Assembly (NCBI GenBank): GCA_000004985.1
Contig: GG738900.1
Source of the DNA: Naegleria gruberi
Taxonomy: Eukaryota
Reading direction: 5' to 3' (one strand)
Length of the DNA stretch: 64,000 bases
In this document: positions 10,513-21,671 of the stretch, piece by piece
How the letters are laid out: the number at the start of each line of letters is the position of its first letter
Position numbering within the stretch: the first letter of the stretch is position 1
Program-made: the position numbers and the translations under genes
The notes under the pieces: generated by a model
Seen by the model: the letters and a program-made list of their open reading frames with translations, nothing else
Told to the model about the DNA's origin: nothing
Database searches by the model: none

Positions 10513-11667
10513 ATGTGTAAACATACTAATATGAGTGTTTTAATGATGATCAGCATCACTCTGATGATGGTGGTCATTTTCATGCTAATTTCATCCACTC
10601 AATGCCAAAAATCCTATTCGATTGCTTCCATTGTTTCGAATATGACATTAACCACCAACAATGATGGATGTACATCCATGAAAATTGTTGAAGATCTTGA
10701 ATATTTGTTTAATGGAAGTTTCTCAAGAGTTGGAAGAGCATTTCCATACAATGTGCTTTCCAAAATTGATTCCTCATCATGGAAAATTGAAGTTTTGAAT
10801 TCTGGCTATTCGATTTCGTCTCAATTAGAATTAGGAAGCATCTCTTCCTTTATTGTTTCTACTTTGAGTCCTGCAACACCTTCGAATAGCATTACCAAAT
10901 TATCTATTCGAATGTCATTTTCTGCATTCCCAAAACTTGAAGTGATTAATTCCAATTCCCAATTGAGATATCACTACAAAGACAATGCTCCAATCTCTTT
11001 CATTTCGACAACCATTCTATTCGATTCTTCATTTAATTCCTATCCTTTGAATTCTTCAAATGGTCAACTCTATATTCAAAATAATTCCATGCCAATTGTA
11101 ACATTTAACATGAGCAACTTGTCTCCCAATACTGAATTTCAACCAATGGTTTCTATCAACAGTTTCGTCTCAAAAGATTGTGATTCTTCTCATAATACTA
11201 ATGAGAATCAATATGACAAGATGGACTCATCATTTACATATGGAATGGTTGGTGGTATAGTGGGTTTTTTTGTTTTGTTAATTGTTGTAACGGCGGCAAG
11301 TTTAGTTTGCGTCCATTTTTGCATGAAAAAACAATTCTTTAAGGAGAAGAAAAAACCAAAAGATAGAGAAAATCCAGATGAGGTACCTGTTTCGTCTAAT
11401 AAGGAAGAAACACAAAGAAACAAACCTATCTCAGAGTCTAAACCAAAAGTCAAATACGAAAATCCAACAAGCTATATTTCCAGCTATGAAGAGCCAACCA
11501 GTACAAATTATTATTCCAGTGATATTGACTATAGTGGTGGAGGTGGTGGATGGGATTCGAATACTGGAGGTGGGTGTGATTATGGTGGAGGTGGTGGTGG
11601 TGGATGTGACTATGGTGGCGGAGGCGGTGGATGTGATTATGGAGGTAGTTCTGGATTTGCTGATTAA
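10513..11667 (+). CDS. Type-I membrane protein with Gly-rich CDYG(n) repeat cytoplasmic tail
   Basis: ORF with ATG at 10513. It has a hydrophobic signal-like N-terminus, a Ser/Asn-rich ectodomain of about 230 aa and a TM segment (MVGGIVGFFVLLIVVTAASLVCVHFCM). The tail ends in GGGGGCDYGGGGGGGCDYGGGGGGCDYGG. No family is recognised. Confidence 0.5.
   Translation: MCKHTNMSVLMMISITLMMVVIFMLISSTQCQKSYSIASIVSNMTLTTNNDGCTSMKIVEDLEYLFNGSFSRVGRAFPYNVLSKIDSSSWKIEVLNSGYSISSQLELGSISSFIVSTLSPATPSNSITKLSIRMSFSAFPKLEVINSNSQLRYHYKDNAPISFISTTILFDSSFNSYPLNSSNGQLYIQNNSMPIVTFNMSNLSPNTEFQPMVSINSFVSKDCDSSHNTNENQYDKMDSSFTYGMVGGIVGFFVLLIVVTAASLVCVHFCMKKQFFKEKKKPKDRENPDEVPVSSNKEETQRNKPISESKPKVKYENPTSYISSYEEPTSTNYYSSDIDYSGGGGGWDSNTGGGCDYGGGGGGGCDYGGGGGGCDYGGSSGFAD
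11560..11645 (+). repeat. Imperfect 24-30-bp tandem repeat (GGTGGnGGnGGATGTGAyTAT x3) encoding (G)nCDY
   Basis: Direct reading of 11560..11645 inside the 3' end of CDS 10513..11667. Confidence 0.6.
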
Positions 11668-11869
11668 GGCAATAACTTATTGAGATAATTCATCACCAAT
11701 TGATGAATATATTGTAAATAATACTTTCTCACAAAATTAGATTTGTTGAGATTTATCAATTATCTGAACTTTAATATTTAGTAAGGGAATAATTTCTTCT
11801 TTATTGAATATAATACAAATTAATAAATTAATGATTGAATGAAATTATTCCTCCATATGGATATCTACA

Positions 11870-13327
11870 TTAATTCTTATTGTTGTGATTAATTAATGGA
11901 TACTTTTCCTTCTCTTCCTCATCTTGTTGATTATCCAAATTATTAGTATTATTGCTGGTGATACCTTCATTGTCATTGTAAACAATATCATCACTCTGAT
12001 GATAAATAATTGGTTCAATAACTTCTGAAGAATCATTAATTGAAACATTCGAATGGGGTTCGCCTCCTTTCGTTTGATTCTTCTCCTCACTAACCTCATG
12101 TCTCAAGTGATTCCAGGGTAAAAACTTGGGATCCATCTCATAAAGTGGCTTTCGAGCGAATACTTCATATCCAATATTTCCCAATGTAATAATAATCAAT
12201 GAAACAATAATCCACCAAGTTGGTTGACTAGAAAATTGTCCAACTAATGGTTTAATCCAAAAGCAAACAGCAGTCAATGGATACAACAAGGCATTCAAAT
12301 TGGCCAAAACATTGGATCCAAACTTTTCAATCAGATAAGATCCACTCACGAAATAAACATAGTATCCAGCCACGAATATACATGTCCACAATGTGGCTTG
12401 CCAACCACCACAACATGAAGACACATCATAATTCCCAAAAAAGCATTGGAATGCTTCTCCCTGTTGCTCAAATACCTGAGTGGCAGAACATGTGGTTGCA
12501 TTCATGGAACACATGGAGAGTGGAGTGTGAGCTGGAACATTACATGAGCCAAAGTTTGGAACCATGGTCATGAACATCCATGCAGCATAGACAATCAATG
12601 AGAATAGATTGTAATAGACCAAGACGATGAAGGTAGGTGCCTTGTAGGAATCATAGGCCACCTCTTGATAGATAGTTTCAAAAGCTGTTGGAATGGCAGA
12701 ACAAATGGAAATGATGAGCCAGAAGGCAGAGTTTGAGAAGGTGGTTTCTGAGCCAGTTCCATTCATATAGGAGTAGATGGAACCAAAGAGGAGTCCGGAG
12801 AGAATGAGCAGGAAACAGCCAATTTGACCCAAATCATATTTCTTTCTCAAAATCAATGGATACATGATCCATGTGAGAGGAGCAGAAACTTGAGTCAAAA
12901 TGGCAGTCAATTCTGGATCAACAAATGGAATGGCACTCTGTGCGAAAATTCCATTGAAAGCAGTAAAGAAACCAAGTGCCAAAACACAAATGATCAACTT
13001 CTTGTTATAGTACAAACACCATCTTTCCTTGATTTGCTTGAATGAATGTTTCTGAACAACAATGGAAAGGAAAATTTCAGTTACAATAAAGAAGGAGGTG
13101 TACATGAAGGTAGTTCCATACAATAAGAAACCAGAATTGTACAATGGCATGTAGTAGCCCATAATTTGCACTCCCAAATTATTCATCATTCCTCCCATCA
13201 AGTAAATGATGACCAAAACGATGAATAAGAGATTTCTCTTTGAGAACATGGAGTTTGCCATTTGGGAGAGTCGTTGTCTAAGACCTCGACCAGTTGCTGA
13301 ATTGTTGTTGAAAAGTTTGATTTGCAT
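11870..13327 (-). CDS. Multi-pass membrane transporter, CRT-like (chloroquine-resistance-transporter-like, DMT superfamily) candidate
   Basis: ORF 11870..13573, but the first 82 codons look non-coding. The likely start is the in-frame ATG at 13327 (MQIKLFNN…MANSMFSKRNLLFIVLVIIYLMGG…). It has about 10 hydrophobic helices and a Cys-rich extracytoplasmic loop (CNVPAHTPLSMCSMNATTC…CFFGNYDVSSCCGGW). The 485-aa size and topology fit the CRT-like family. The family call is from memory only. Confidence 0.5.
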   Translation of the reverse strand: MQIKLFNNNSATGRGLRQRLSQMANSMFSKRNLLFIVLVIIYLMGGMMNNLGVQIMGYYMPLYNSGFLLYGTTFMYTSFFIVTEIFLSIVVQKHSFKQIKERWCLYYNKKLIICVLALGFFTAFNGIFAQSAIPFVDPELTAILTQVSAPLTWIMYPLILRKKYDLGQIGCFLLILSGLLFGSIYSYMNGTGSETTFSNSAFWLIISICSAIPTAFETIYQEVAYDSYKAPTFIVLVYYNLFSLIVYAAWMFMTMVPNFGSCNVPAHTPLSMCSMNATTCSATQVFEQQGEAFQCFFGNYDVSSCCGGWQATLWTCIFVAGYYVYFVSGSYLIEKFGSNVLANLNALLYPLTAVCFWIKPLVGQFSSQPTWWIIVSLIIITLGNIGYEVFARKPLYEMDPKFLPWNHLRHEVSEEKNQTKGGEPHSNVSINDSSEVIEPIIYHQSDDIVYNDNEGITSNNTNNLDNQQDEEEKEKYPLINHNNKN

Positions 13328-13713
13328 GTTGAGTGAATATGAGCTTGTTGTTGCTATTAAGTAAAAATCTTGTGTTGATATGATAAAGAAAAATGGTTGT
13401 GATCTCTGGGATGACAGATAATAATGTGTGCTTGTGTTTGAGAATAATATAATTGAGAATACTGCTAACTTGAACAAATTCTTGAGTGAGATTAAGACTG
13501 TAGAGTTGTAAAGTGTGTGTGAAGGGCCTTTAATAGAAAATATCCAGACGCAAGAAAGTGAATATTGAAACACAACTAATAATTAACTAGTTTTTTTCTT
13601 TTAATTCAAGTGTTAATGCTGCTGCTGTTGTGCAATGATAAATATAGAAAACTTGAGAAAATCTTTCAAGAAACTTGCCTGATGATTTGCTGCACAGAAT
13701 GTTTGTGTCATCT

Positions 13714-13983
13714 CGCTTATTAAACTCTAGTTTACAATGACACTTGTGTCCGAATGAAAATATTCCAATTCCTGTACGAACAACTCCTCTAGCTCCATTT
13801 GTTTCGTCTTCCATAATAGTTCAATTGACCTTGTTCTGTTTGTGAAAGAAAGCGAAAATCTTGGGTCTCTTGAAAAACTGTTTTTTCGCGTGTTTGTCAG
13901 TTGTGATTTATTTGGTTGGATTTCTGTTTTGGTTTTTTACAGCTCCCAAGATTTTCGCTTTTGTAAACTCGAGTTTAATGAAA
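13714..13983. promoter_or_regulatory. Pair of about 28-bp direct repeats (TCGCTT…T[T/A]AAACTC[T/G]AGTTTA[C]AATGA) in a divergent promoter region
   Basis: Copies lie at 13714..13741 and 13955..13983. Each contains a palindromic core AAACTCNAGTTT. They sit between the 5' ends of the CRT-like gene (-) and the KH-domain gene (+). Confidence 0.3.
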
Positions 13984-14163
13984 TCCCCGGAAGACAAGGC
14001 TGGAAATGCACTATAGACTCTTCATGTACAGTTTGTATATTACAATATTAATCTACAGTATTAACTATTTAACCGTACATAATTAAATATTAAATACTAC
14101 ACATTCAATATTAAATTAATCAAAAAAAAATAATAAAAAAAATATTCAAATTTAAAAAAAAAT

Positions 14164-15756
14164 ATGCCAAACATACCGCCACCTTCCGGGCTCTATCGTC
14201 AGGACAATTCTTCTTCTTACAATAACAATAGAAATAACAATAATTATTCTTCATCATCATCGTCATCAACGGCATCGCGAGGAATTTCAGCCTTTCAACG
14301 ACAACATAACGCCGATCAACCTTCATCATCATACAATAATAATAATAATAGAAGAGGTGTTGGTGATAGAGGAGAGAGAGGAGATAGAGGTGGTGAAAGA
14401 GGATCTTATCAATCCTATGATTCGCATAAGAGAAATTATAATGAATATAATGATGATCATCATCAACATGATTCGTATTCTTCATCTTCGTATAAAAAGA
14501 ATAAGATGGATCATCATTATTCGTCATCTTCATATGAAAATCAATCATCACAATCATATAACAAACCAAATTCTAATGGATTTTCACTAGGCAATTCAAA
14601 TGTATCATTTCCGACTATTTTACCAAGTTTTTTGAGTAAGGATGCTATCAATGCTTTAATGGCTCGTATTCGTCTTAATGAAATTAATGAACAAGGAGTT
14701 CAAAATAATGGATTTTCCTCTCTAGAACAATATGAAAAACACAAATTATATACAGAAGTTCAAAAACTAGTTGCACTCGCAAAACTAATTAATCCTCTCT
14801 TTTCCTTTGAAAATCATTTTGTTTATGTGAAACAATTCATCTCAGAGTGTGAAATGTCAATGGCTGATTCATTGGATCAAGATGGAACTGATGGAAAACA
14901 AATTAATAGAAAGATTTACATTCCAGTAGATGAATATCCTGACTATAATTTCATTGGTTTGATTATCGGACCTGGAGGTTTAACACAAAAGAAACTTGAA
15001 AAGGAGAGTGGAGCCAAGATTGCTGTTCGTGGTAAAGGAAGTGTAAAACCAGGTAAAATACCAACAAAATCATTTGCAGATGAAGAAAACTTGCACGTTC
15101 TCATCACTGCTGATGATGAAGATTCTGTGGAAAAGGCAGCTGAAATGATCAAGAGATTATTGATTCCTGTTGAAGAAGGAAGCAATGAACTCAAGAAGGA
15201 ACAACTTAGAGAATTAGCAAGACAACGAGGTTTTACCATTGAAGGTATGAGTGATGCTGAACTAGGTGTTGTGGCAGAAGAAGGTGGTGAATCTGCTTTC
15301 CTTGCCAAACTTCAATCATATGGACTAAATCAACACATGCCAGATCAACCAACAATACCTGGTGTGACATCAAATGTTGAAATTCCAGGTATTACTGACA
15401 ATAAGAAATATAACAAGAATATGGAAAGTGCAATGGATAAACTTAAAAGAGATTTATTGGGTGGAGAGGATAATGAAAATAAGCAAGAAGAAGAAAATGA
15501 GGAAATTGTGATAGAAGCTCCAAAACTTACCACTCCTTCATCTGCTCCATTTGATGATGCCTATCAACAAACCTATGACTTGTACTATGATTATTATAAG
15601 CAATTCTTTGCAAGACAAGTTGAAACATTCCAAAAGTTTGAAGATATACTGAGAGGATATGATGGTCAGCTCCCTAAAAATGATATGAATACAGCTTTCC
15701 AAGTTGTTGTGATGGCAGTTAATGACATTGTTCCTCCAATTCCAGGAGAAAAATAA
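14164..15756 (+). CDS. KH/STAR-domain RNA-binding protein, splicing factor 1 (branchpoint-binding protein)-like
   Basis: ORF with ATG at 14164. The KH-QUA2 core (KIYIPVDEYPDYNFIGLIIGPGGLTQKKLEKESGAKIAVRGKGSVKPGK…ENLHVLITADDEDSVEKAAEMIKRLL…LRELARQRG) is very similar to SF1/BBP and Quaking-type STAR proteins. No zinc knuckle is evident. The N-terminus is low-complexity and S/N/R-rich. Confidence 0.7.
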   Translation: MPNIPPPSGLYRQDNSSSYNNNRNNNNYSSSSSSSTASRGISAFQRQHNADQPSSSYNNNNNRRGVGDRGERGDRGGERGSYQSYDSHKRNYNEYNDDHHQHDSYSSSSYKKNKMDHHYSSSSYENQSSQSYNKPNSNGFSLGNSNVSFPTILPSFLSKDAINALMARIRLNEINEQGVQNNGFSSLEQYEKHKLYTEVQKLVALAKLINPLFSFENHFVYVKQFISECEMSMADSLDQDGTDGKQINRKIYIPVDEYPDYNFIGLIIGPGGLTQKKLEKESGAKIAVRGKGSVKPGKIPTKSFADEENLHVLITADDEDSVEKAAEMIKRLLIPVEEGSNELKKEQLRELARQRGFTIEGMSDAELGVVAEEGGESAFLAKLQSYGLNQHMPDQPTIPGVTSNVEIPGITDNKKYNKNMESAMDKLKRDLLGGEDNENKQEEENEEIVIEAPKLTTPSSAPFDDAYQQTYDLYYDYYKQFFARQVETFQKFEDILRGYDGQLPKNDMNTAFQVVVMAVNDIVPPIPGEK

Positions 15757-15817
15757 TAATAATTATTTTTTTAAATTTTTTATTTTTATTTCCAAAATTA
15801 CAAAATTATTAGAGAAT

Positions 15818-16957
15818 TTACTTTTCTTCTTCTTCAATATCTTCAACAATGGTAACAGGTTCAGGTAAAGAAGTTGTCAATTTAGGATCAATATTTTCAA
15901 CAGCCTTCATGATAGTTTCAACATTTTCAGCAGCTTCTGTAGAAAAGAGAACTCTAGCCCACATTTCTCGTCCTTCTGGTGAGAAGGCTTCTTCCAAAGA
16001 TTCTAAACTAGCATAAAGAGTATGCATATCATTAGCAGCGGATTCAGTCATGTATTTAGCAAATGTTCCCTTTCCGTTTGCTTGTTCATATTCTTCAACT
16101 TGCTTTTCAAGTTGCTTTAAAGCAATCAATTCATGCATAAATGGACCAATTGGTTCAGCATCAGGGTCCAAACGAGAATCATATGTCAAACTATGGATAC
16201 TTTGGAAAGTTGTACCTTCTGGATCAATGATTCTATCAATAATTCTTGATGAGTCATCAGACATTGTTGATGTCATATCCTTTACATCGCTCTTCTTAGC
16301 TTCGGAAGCTGGAAGACTATTAGCCAAATCAGTGAAAGCAGAAGAGAAGGCCACTCGGGAATTAATTTCATCTCTTTGGGCACTTTCCAAATCATCCTTC
16401 TTGATTAAATACTTCTTATACTCTTGAATATCCTTTTGGTAATCCATATCAATTTTTTGCATTTGTTGAAGAACCTTCTTGAACATGTATTGGTTTTCAT
16501 CATCCTCTTGCAATTGTGTTAAATCTTGTTTGATTTCGCTTCTTTTAGTAGCGTATTGTGTAGGTTTAGAGAAGGTTTCAGCCTTTGGTAAATTATCATG
16601 TGAAATTTGATATAAACTCTTCTCATAGTATTTGTGAATGTGGTTATGTTTACGAGCATCCTCAATAGCACCCAAAATTTGATTTTGTAATTTCTTAATA
16701 TCAATTTGGTCCTTTCCAATCATTGGTACTTCGCTTTTATCGAGTTGTAACTTTATATCGTATTTTCCAGAGTAAAAAGCAGTTGCGGCTCCATTTCTAC
16801 CAACAGCTTCAAGAGAAGACAATTTGCTATAATAGCTAAATTGGTTCCAAACTTTAGATGGAAATCCCTTCATTTGCTCTGGGATGTTCAACATTTTGGC
16901 CACCAAATTCTTTGCCTTTCTTCCGGTTCTAATGTATGACTGTGGGACAACGTTCAT
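15818..16957 (-). CDS. Hypothetical protein (coiled-coil rich), unassigned
   Basis: ORF 15818..16957 with ATG at 16957, 379 aa, acidic C-terminus. No family recognised. Confidence 0.45.
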   Translation of the reverse strand: MNVVPQSYIRTGRKAKNLVAKMLNIPEQMKGFPSKVWNQFSYYSKLSSLEAVGRNGAATAFYSGKYDIKLQLDKSEVPMIGKDQIDIKKLQNQILGAIEDARKHNHIHKYYEKSLYQISHDNLPKAETFSKPTQYATKRSEIKQDLTQLQEDDENQYMFKKVLQQMQKIDMDYQKDIQEYKKYLIKKDDLESAQRDEINSRVAFSSAFTDLANSLPASEAKKSDVKDMTSTMSDDSSRIIDRIIDPEGTTFQSIHSLTYDSRLDPDAEPIGPFMHELIALKQLEKQVEEYEQANGKGTFAKYMTESAANDMHTLYASLESLEEAFSPEGREMWARVLFSTEAAENVETIMKAVENIDPKLTTSLPEPVTIVEDIEEEEK

Positions 16958-17330
16958 TTTTGCAATTTTTTTAAAAAAATTTCATCAAGAATTTTTAATT
17001 TTTAAATTTTCAAAAAATTATGATTGTTGGTGAAAGGGATGAAGAACAGATCTAGAACAACACTAGTAATTGGTTGAGATCATGATAACGAGTGGAGGAT
17101 ATTAAGTGATGGAAATGTAGTAGAGATTTTATTTTCTTGTTGTGTTATCTTGATGTTGTACAAATGTTTTTTAAAAACTTCAGCAAGGCTTGCCAGTAAA
17201 TTAACAAATGAAGTATAATAGGTTTAAATTCATGAAGAGTGAGGCAACGTTTCGGGAGATGAATTGAATTTGATTACGAATAACATGATAGTATTTTCAA
17301 CCACGTTGGCCGAAGGAGTTTATCACAGAT

Positions 17331-17620
17331 GAAATTGGGAAAGCAATCCTTCAGAACATTTGCAGAATAATAAAGAATTTATTCTTGAACATGTGAGGAG
17401 AGATGGAATGTTTCTTGTTAGATTTACCTCTAAGGAATTACAAGGAAACAGCGAAGTAGTTGTTGAAAGTGTTAAACAAAGAGGAATTTCATTACAATTT
17501 GCCTCAGCAGAGTTGAGAAATAACAAGTAAATTGTTAAAATTGCTATTTCACAAGCTCTGGAATATGTAAGTGATTCCATTAGAAATGATGAGGAGATTA
17601 TATTGAAAGCAGAGTAATTA
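17331..17620 (+). pseudogene. Decayed DUF4116-repeat fragment (pseudogene or relic exon)
   Basis: The plus frame reads …NKEFILEHVRRDGMFLVRFTSKELQGNSEVVVESVKQRGISLQFASAELRNNK*IVKIAISQALEYVSDSIRNDEEIILKAE*. These are 2-3 DUF4116-type repeats (LqfAsaELrnDKeiV) broken by an in-frame TAA exactly where the repeat expects DKE. There is no start codon. The fragment lies in an intergenic spacer and is related to the repeats in CDS 2755..4422. Confidence 0.4.
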
Positions 17621-18020
17621 GAAAATTTTCTGAAATTGACTGAACATTAGTCCAATAAGTATTTGATAATGGAAAGTGTTGAGTTTGCACCACAACATTG
17701 AGGACAAATTGAGCAAAGTAATGGGAACTTCTCACACAGGTTGAAGAACCTTTTACAAATTTCTTGCTCGCCTTAAAACAATAATTTTGAGTCTAAAAAT
17801 AAAAAATTTCCAATTTCCGAAACAATTCCGTGCAAATGAGGATGAACTCGTTTCTCTCTTTTCCAAAGGTTACACTCAATTATTTGTTTTTTTGCAACTG
17901 AGGACAAATCTATTTTTATATAAATAGCTCAAACTAAGCAAAATATTCTCAACAACAATTTGAAAAAAAACAATCAAAATACTAACTGTGTATTCTGTTT
18001 ACTTACTAAATAATAAGAAA

Positions 18021-19271
18021 ATGAGCTTTTTGTTTAATCCTTTGGTTTTTGAATCAACTCCAACTAGAAATAACATTCCTGTTTATGCCCAACAAGGAAC
18101 CATTCCAAGATATTTGAACCAACAAGTTTATGTTCCTACTCAAGTCACTTATCAAGAACCATCTCTTCAATTCAAAGTTTTTGCTTTCGACAAGTTGAAT
18201 GGTAATAGTAGATTGAATTTTGGTGAGGCATCAAATGTTTACAGATTCGAATTATTTCAAAATAGATCCCTTCAAGGATTTTTGAATGTTTTGAAGAGTA
18301 ATGGTATTTCTGCTCAATCTCACAAGTTTTATTATGTTGATGATGAACAAGATTTGGTTGTCTTGTCTACTGAGTATGATTTCAAGTACATGTTAAAGAT
18401 TTTAAAGGGAAATGCTATTAAGATTGTTTGTGAAAAGATTCCACAACCACAACCTGTATGCCAAAGATCTCATCCAAGAACTAATTGTGCAGCTGGATTT
18501 AGAAATCTTCCATTCTTTATGAAACCAATTTTTGAAAAGGAAGAAGAAAAAGAAGAGCATTTAATTGAACAAGCTTTGGATTCAGTTTTTTCTGGAATTT
18601 TTGAAAAGAAACAAGAAAGACCTCAACCAAATAACTCACAATTCAATACTCAAAGAGTGAGAACCATTAGATTGTCTGAGTTGTTGAAGAATGCTCAAAA
18701 GGAAAAGCAAGAAAAGAAGGAAGAAAAGCAAACAAGATCATTTGAGGATTATCTTGCTGAATTGTTTGGAAAGAAACTTGCCGAAAGAAGAAATCAAGAA
18801 GGAGAGCAAGCCAAGAAGGAAGAGTCAAAGGTTGAAGAAAAGAGTGTTCCACAACAACAACAAGAATCAACTGTTGAAGAAAAGAAAGAAGAGCTGAAGG
18901 AAGAATCTCAACCTGAAGAAAAGAAGGACACACCATTCTTGTCCACTTCACAAATTATTTCAAATTATTTAATTGAAGATGAGGAAGAAGATATTGTTAC
19001 AGATGAAGATGATTACGACTCTGATGATCAATCATCAGTTGCTTCTGAACAAGTCAACCAAACTGAAGTTCAATATCCAACTATTTCAGCAGAAGAAGAA
19101 TCATCAAATACAATTCCAGAAACTTCCAATGAAGAACAACCATCCTACGAAAATGAATTGAAATTACTCTCAGATATGGGATTCACCAATACAAGTGAAA
19201 ATCTCACATTATTGAACAAGTACTCTGGTGATGTTCAAAGAACAGTCTCTGAATTAGTTTACTACTATTAA
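18021..19271 (+). CDS. PB1-like + C-terminal UBA domain protein (ubiquitin-binding adaptor-like)
   Basis: ORF 17988..19271 starts at GTG, and the first ATG is at 18021. The N-terminal block FKVFAFDKLNGNSRLNF…FYYVDDEQDLVVLSTEYDFKYMLKILKG resembles a PB1 (ubiquitin-like) fold. The middle is charged and KE-rich. The C-terminus …YENELKLLSDMGFTNTSENLTLLNKYSGDVQRTVSELV is a good UBA match. No ZZ finger is seen. Confidence 0.5.
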   Translation: MSFLFNPLVFESTPTRNNIPVYAQQGTIPRYLNQQVYVPTQVTYQEPSLQFKVFAFDKLNGNSRLNFGEASNVYRFELFQNRSLQGFLNVLKSNGISAQSHKFYYVDDEQDLVVLSTEYDFKYMLKILKGNAIKIVCEKIPQPQPVCQRSHPRTNCAAGFRNLPFFMKPIFEKEEEKEEHLIEQALDSVFSGIFEKKQERPQPNNSQFNTQRVRTIRLSELLKNAQKEKQEKKEEKQTRSFEDYLAELFGKKLAERRNQEGEQAKKEESKVEEKSVPQQQQESTVEEKKEELKEESQPEEKKDTPFLSTSQIISNYLIEDEEEDIVTDEDDYDSDDQSSVASEQVNQTEVQYPTISAEEESSNTIPETSNEEQPSYENELKLLSDMGFTNTSENLTLLNKYSGDVQRTVSELVYYY

Positions 19272-19397
19272 TCTCAATAACCTTAAACATGCACTCTGTA
19301 AATATGTAAATAATAAATGAAAAAGCTCAGAAAGTCATTGAAATCCAATATCTATTATTTTTGGCGCCAAATATTTAATCAATTTTTTAATTAAAAA

Positions 19398-21656
19398 ATG
19401 TACAACGCTCAAGGTGGTGGAAATCATTCAACCGCCTCATCCACACCATCAACACAACAACAACCAACATCGGGTGGTGGTATTGGTGGACAACAGCAGC
19501 CTCTCTATTATGGATCGCCTTCTTTTAGTGCTGTGTCCTCTGGTAACCAGGGAATGACTTCACCAAGTAAAGGAATTTCATCGAATAGCACTGCCTTCTA
19601 TCCAAAGTTTTTCAATCCGTCCTCCTCTTCTCCCAATATGAATAATACCAACATCACCAATAATAATAATAGCAGTGTTGTTGCTAATAATAATATCGCT
19701 GCTAATAACAATAATAATACTACTATTCAATCATCACCTAAATTATCTTCATCATCATTTGTTTTTCAACCTAAGGGACAGAATTATAATGAAAATAGTG
19801 GACAACAAATTAATTTATCTTCCAATTCAACAACACCATCCTTTACTGCTGTACATGTAAGTGTAAATATGTGATCGATAATATTATAATGGCGATCAAC
19901 AAACAATAATATTTTGATTAACTTTGCTCTTTAACAATCAAATCTACTTTCATCACAATAATAACAGCAACAAAATCAACAGACATTCAATAACAAAAAG
20001 CTCCAATCCAAGTTACAATATGATCTCTACCAACAACATCTCCAACATAAAAGAAATACTCCTGTAACATCATCACCACATTATCATCATCATAATAATG
20101 TTAATGATAATAACAATAACGGATCATATATTTTCACACCTGCTGACATGTCAACCGATCCAAAATCTGCTTATCGTGGTATTCACAACTTTTTTGTTAA
20201 TGATTCACTGAGGAACATTTTGTTAAATAGAGGACTCATGAATTATGTACAAAGTTTGGATGATATTGATGAAGAAACTATGAATCAAGGAGATATTGCT
20301 GAGAGAATTTCACAAATTCCAAGATATATCGATCAATATCACTCATTCTATCCATTAGATCAAAACTTTTGGAGCGACAATAGTATCCAAGAAATTGATT
20401 TTGCCTTTGGTCAATCATTTAGAGTAATAGACTCTGCTAGTGCTTCCCCATGTTGTTTGAGACGTATTAGTGAACATCAAATTCTTTCAATTGAACAAGC
20501 TTTGACTAGTGCCGATCCATGGTTCAAGATCAAACATCCAAATATTGTCTCTTTGAAACAAGTCATCTCTACTGATCAATTCGGAAATGATAATGATTTA
20601 TTGTTTATTTATGACTATAGTCCTGGAGCAGAAACTTTGGAAGAACACTTCTTTATTGAGACCTCTAGAGCTCCTGCAGAATCTACATTGTGGAGTCTTA
20701 TTTGCCAATGTCTCAGTGCTCTAAGAGAAATTCACTCTAAGAATTTGGCCTACAGAACCTTTTACACCAACAAGATTATTATTCTTCCAGGGTTAACAAA
20801 CAAGAGATTCAAGTTGAATTGTTCTGGTATGCTTGATATTTTGGAAAATACTGAAGAGGCTGATATTGCTGCACAACAAAAGGAAGATTTTAAACATTTT
20901 GGTATTTTACTTGTAGAATTAATGTGCACATTTAGAGAATTGAGCGATGCTCCACATGCTTTGTCAGTTTTGAACAATAGTGAGGTAGGTTTTTTATTTT
21001 AAAATTTCTAATTAATTTAAATTATTTATATTAATATATTAATTTATAATTAATAATATTCTTATTTACTATTATATTAAATAATTTGAAATTACAGAGT
21101 ATTTCTTGTAAATACTCTACAGAACTTGTTGACTTTGTAAAGACCCTCCTCCAAGATGACATTGACTTGAACAAACTCATCTCAAACATTGCTTTGAGAT
21201 ATGTCGATGAATTGTCTACCATGTACAATTATGTAGATACTATTGAAAATGAATTAGCTAAGGAATTAGAAAATGGACGTTTGTTTAGATTGTTGGTCAA
21301 ATTGAACTTTGTTGCCCAACACGAAGAGTAAGTATTTCTCACATGTTTCCATTATTTAATTTACATTTTCACATAACAGCTTTGAATTTAGCACCAAAAA
21401 CAAGCAAGGAGTAACAGATAGACAAATGCTCAAACTCTTCTGTGATTATTTATTCGTTCAAGTCTCAGATACCAATCAATGCATTCTTGATTTTGGACAT
21501 ATTGTTGAAACTTTGAACAAACTAGATGCTGGAACCAATGAAAAGGTACTACTTATGAGCAGAGATGAACAATCGCTCATCGTAGTGACCTACAAGGATT
21601 TGAAGAATTCCATCAAGACTCAATTCGCCAATCTCCTTCGTAAAAATAAAGTATAA
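19398..21656 (+). CDS. PAN3: PAN3 (PAN2-PAN3 deadenylase regulatory subunit; pseudokinase + C-terminal knob), 4 exons
   Basis: Model join(19398..19856,19968..20984,21098..21327,21380..21656). Introns are 111, 113 and 52 nt (GTAAGT…ACAG, GTAGGT…ACAG, GTAAGT…ACAG), all phase-checked, and the total is 1983 nt. Exon 1 is S/N/Q-rich low complexity. Exons 2-4 match the PAN3 pseudokinase and C-terminus (…QYHSFYPLDQNFW…CCLRRISEH…KHPNIVSLKQV…LLFIYDYSPGAETLEEHF…ENGRLFRLLVKLNFVAQHE-D-FEF…KLFCDYLFVQVSD…LNKLDAGTNEKVLLMSRDEQSLIVVTYKDLK). Confidence 0.75.
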
Positions 21657-21671
21657 AAAAACAATTAAAAA

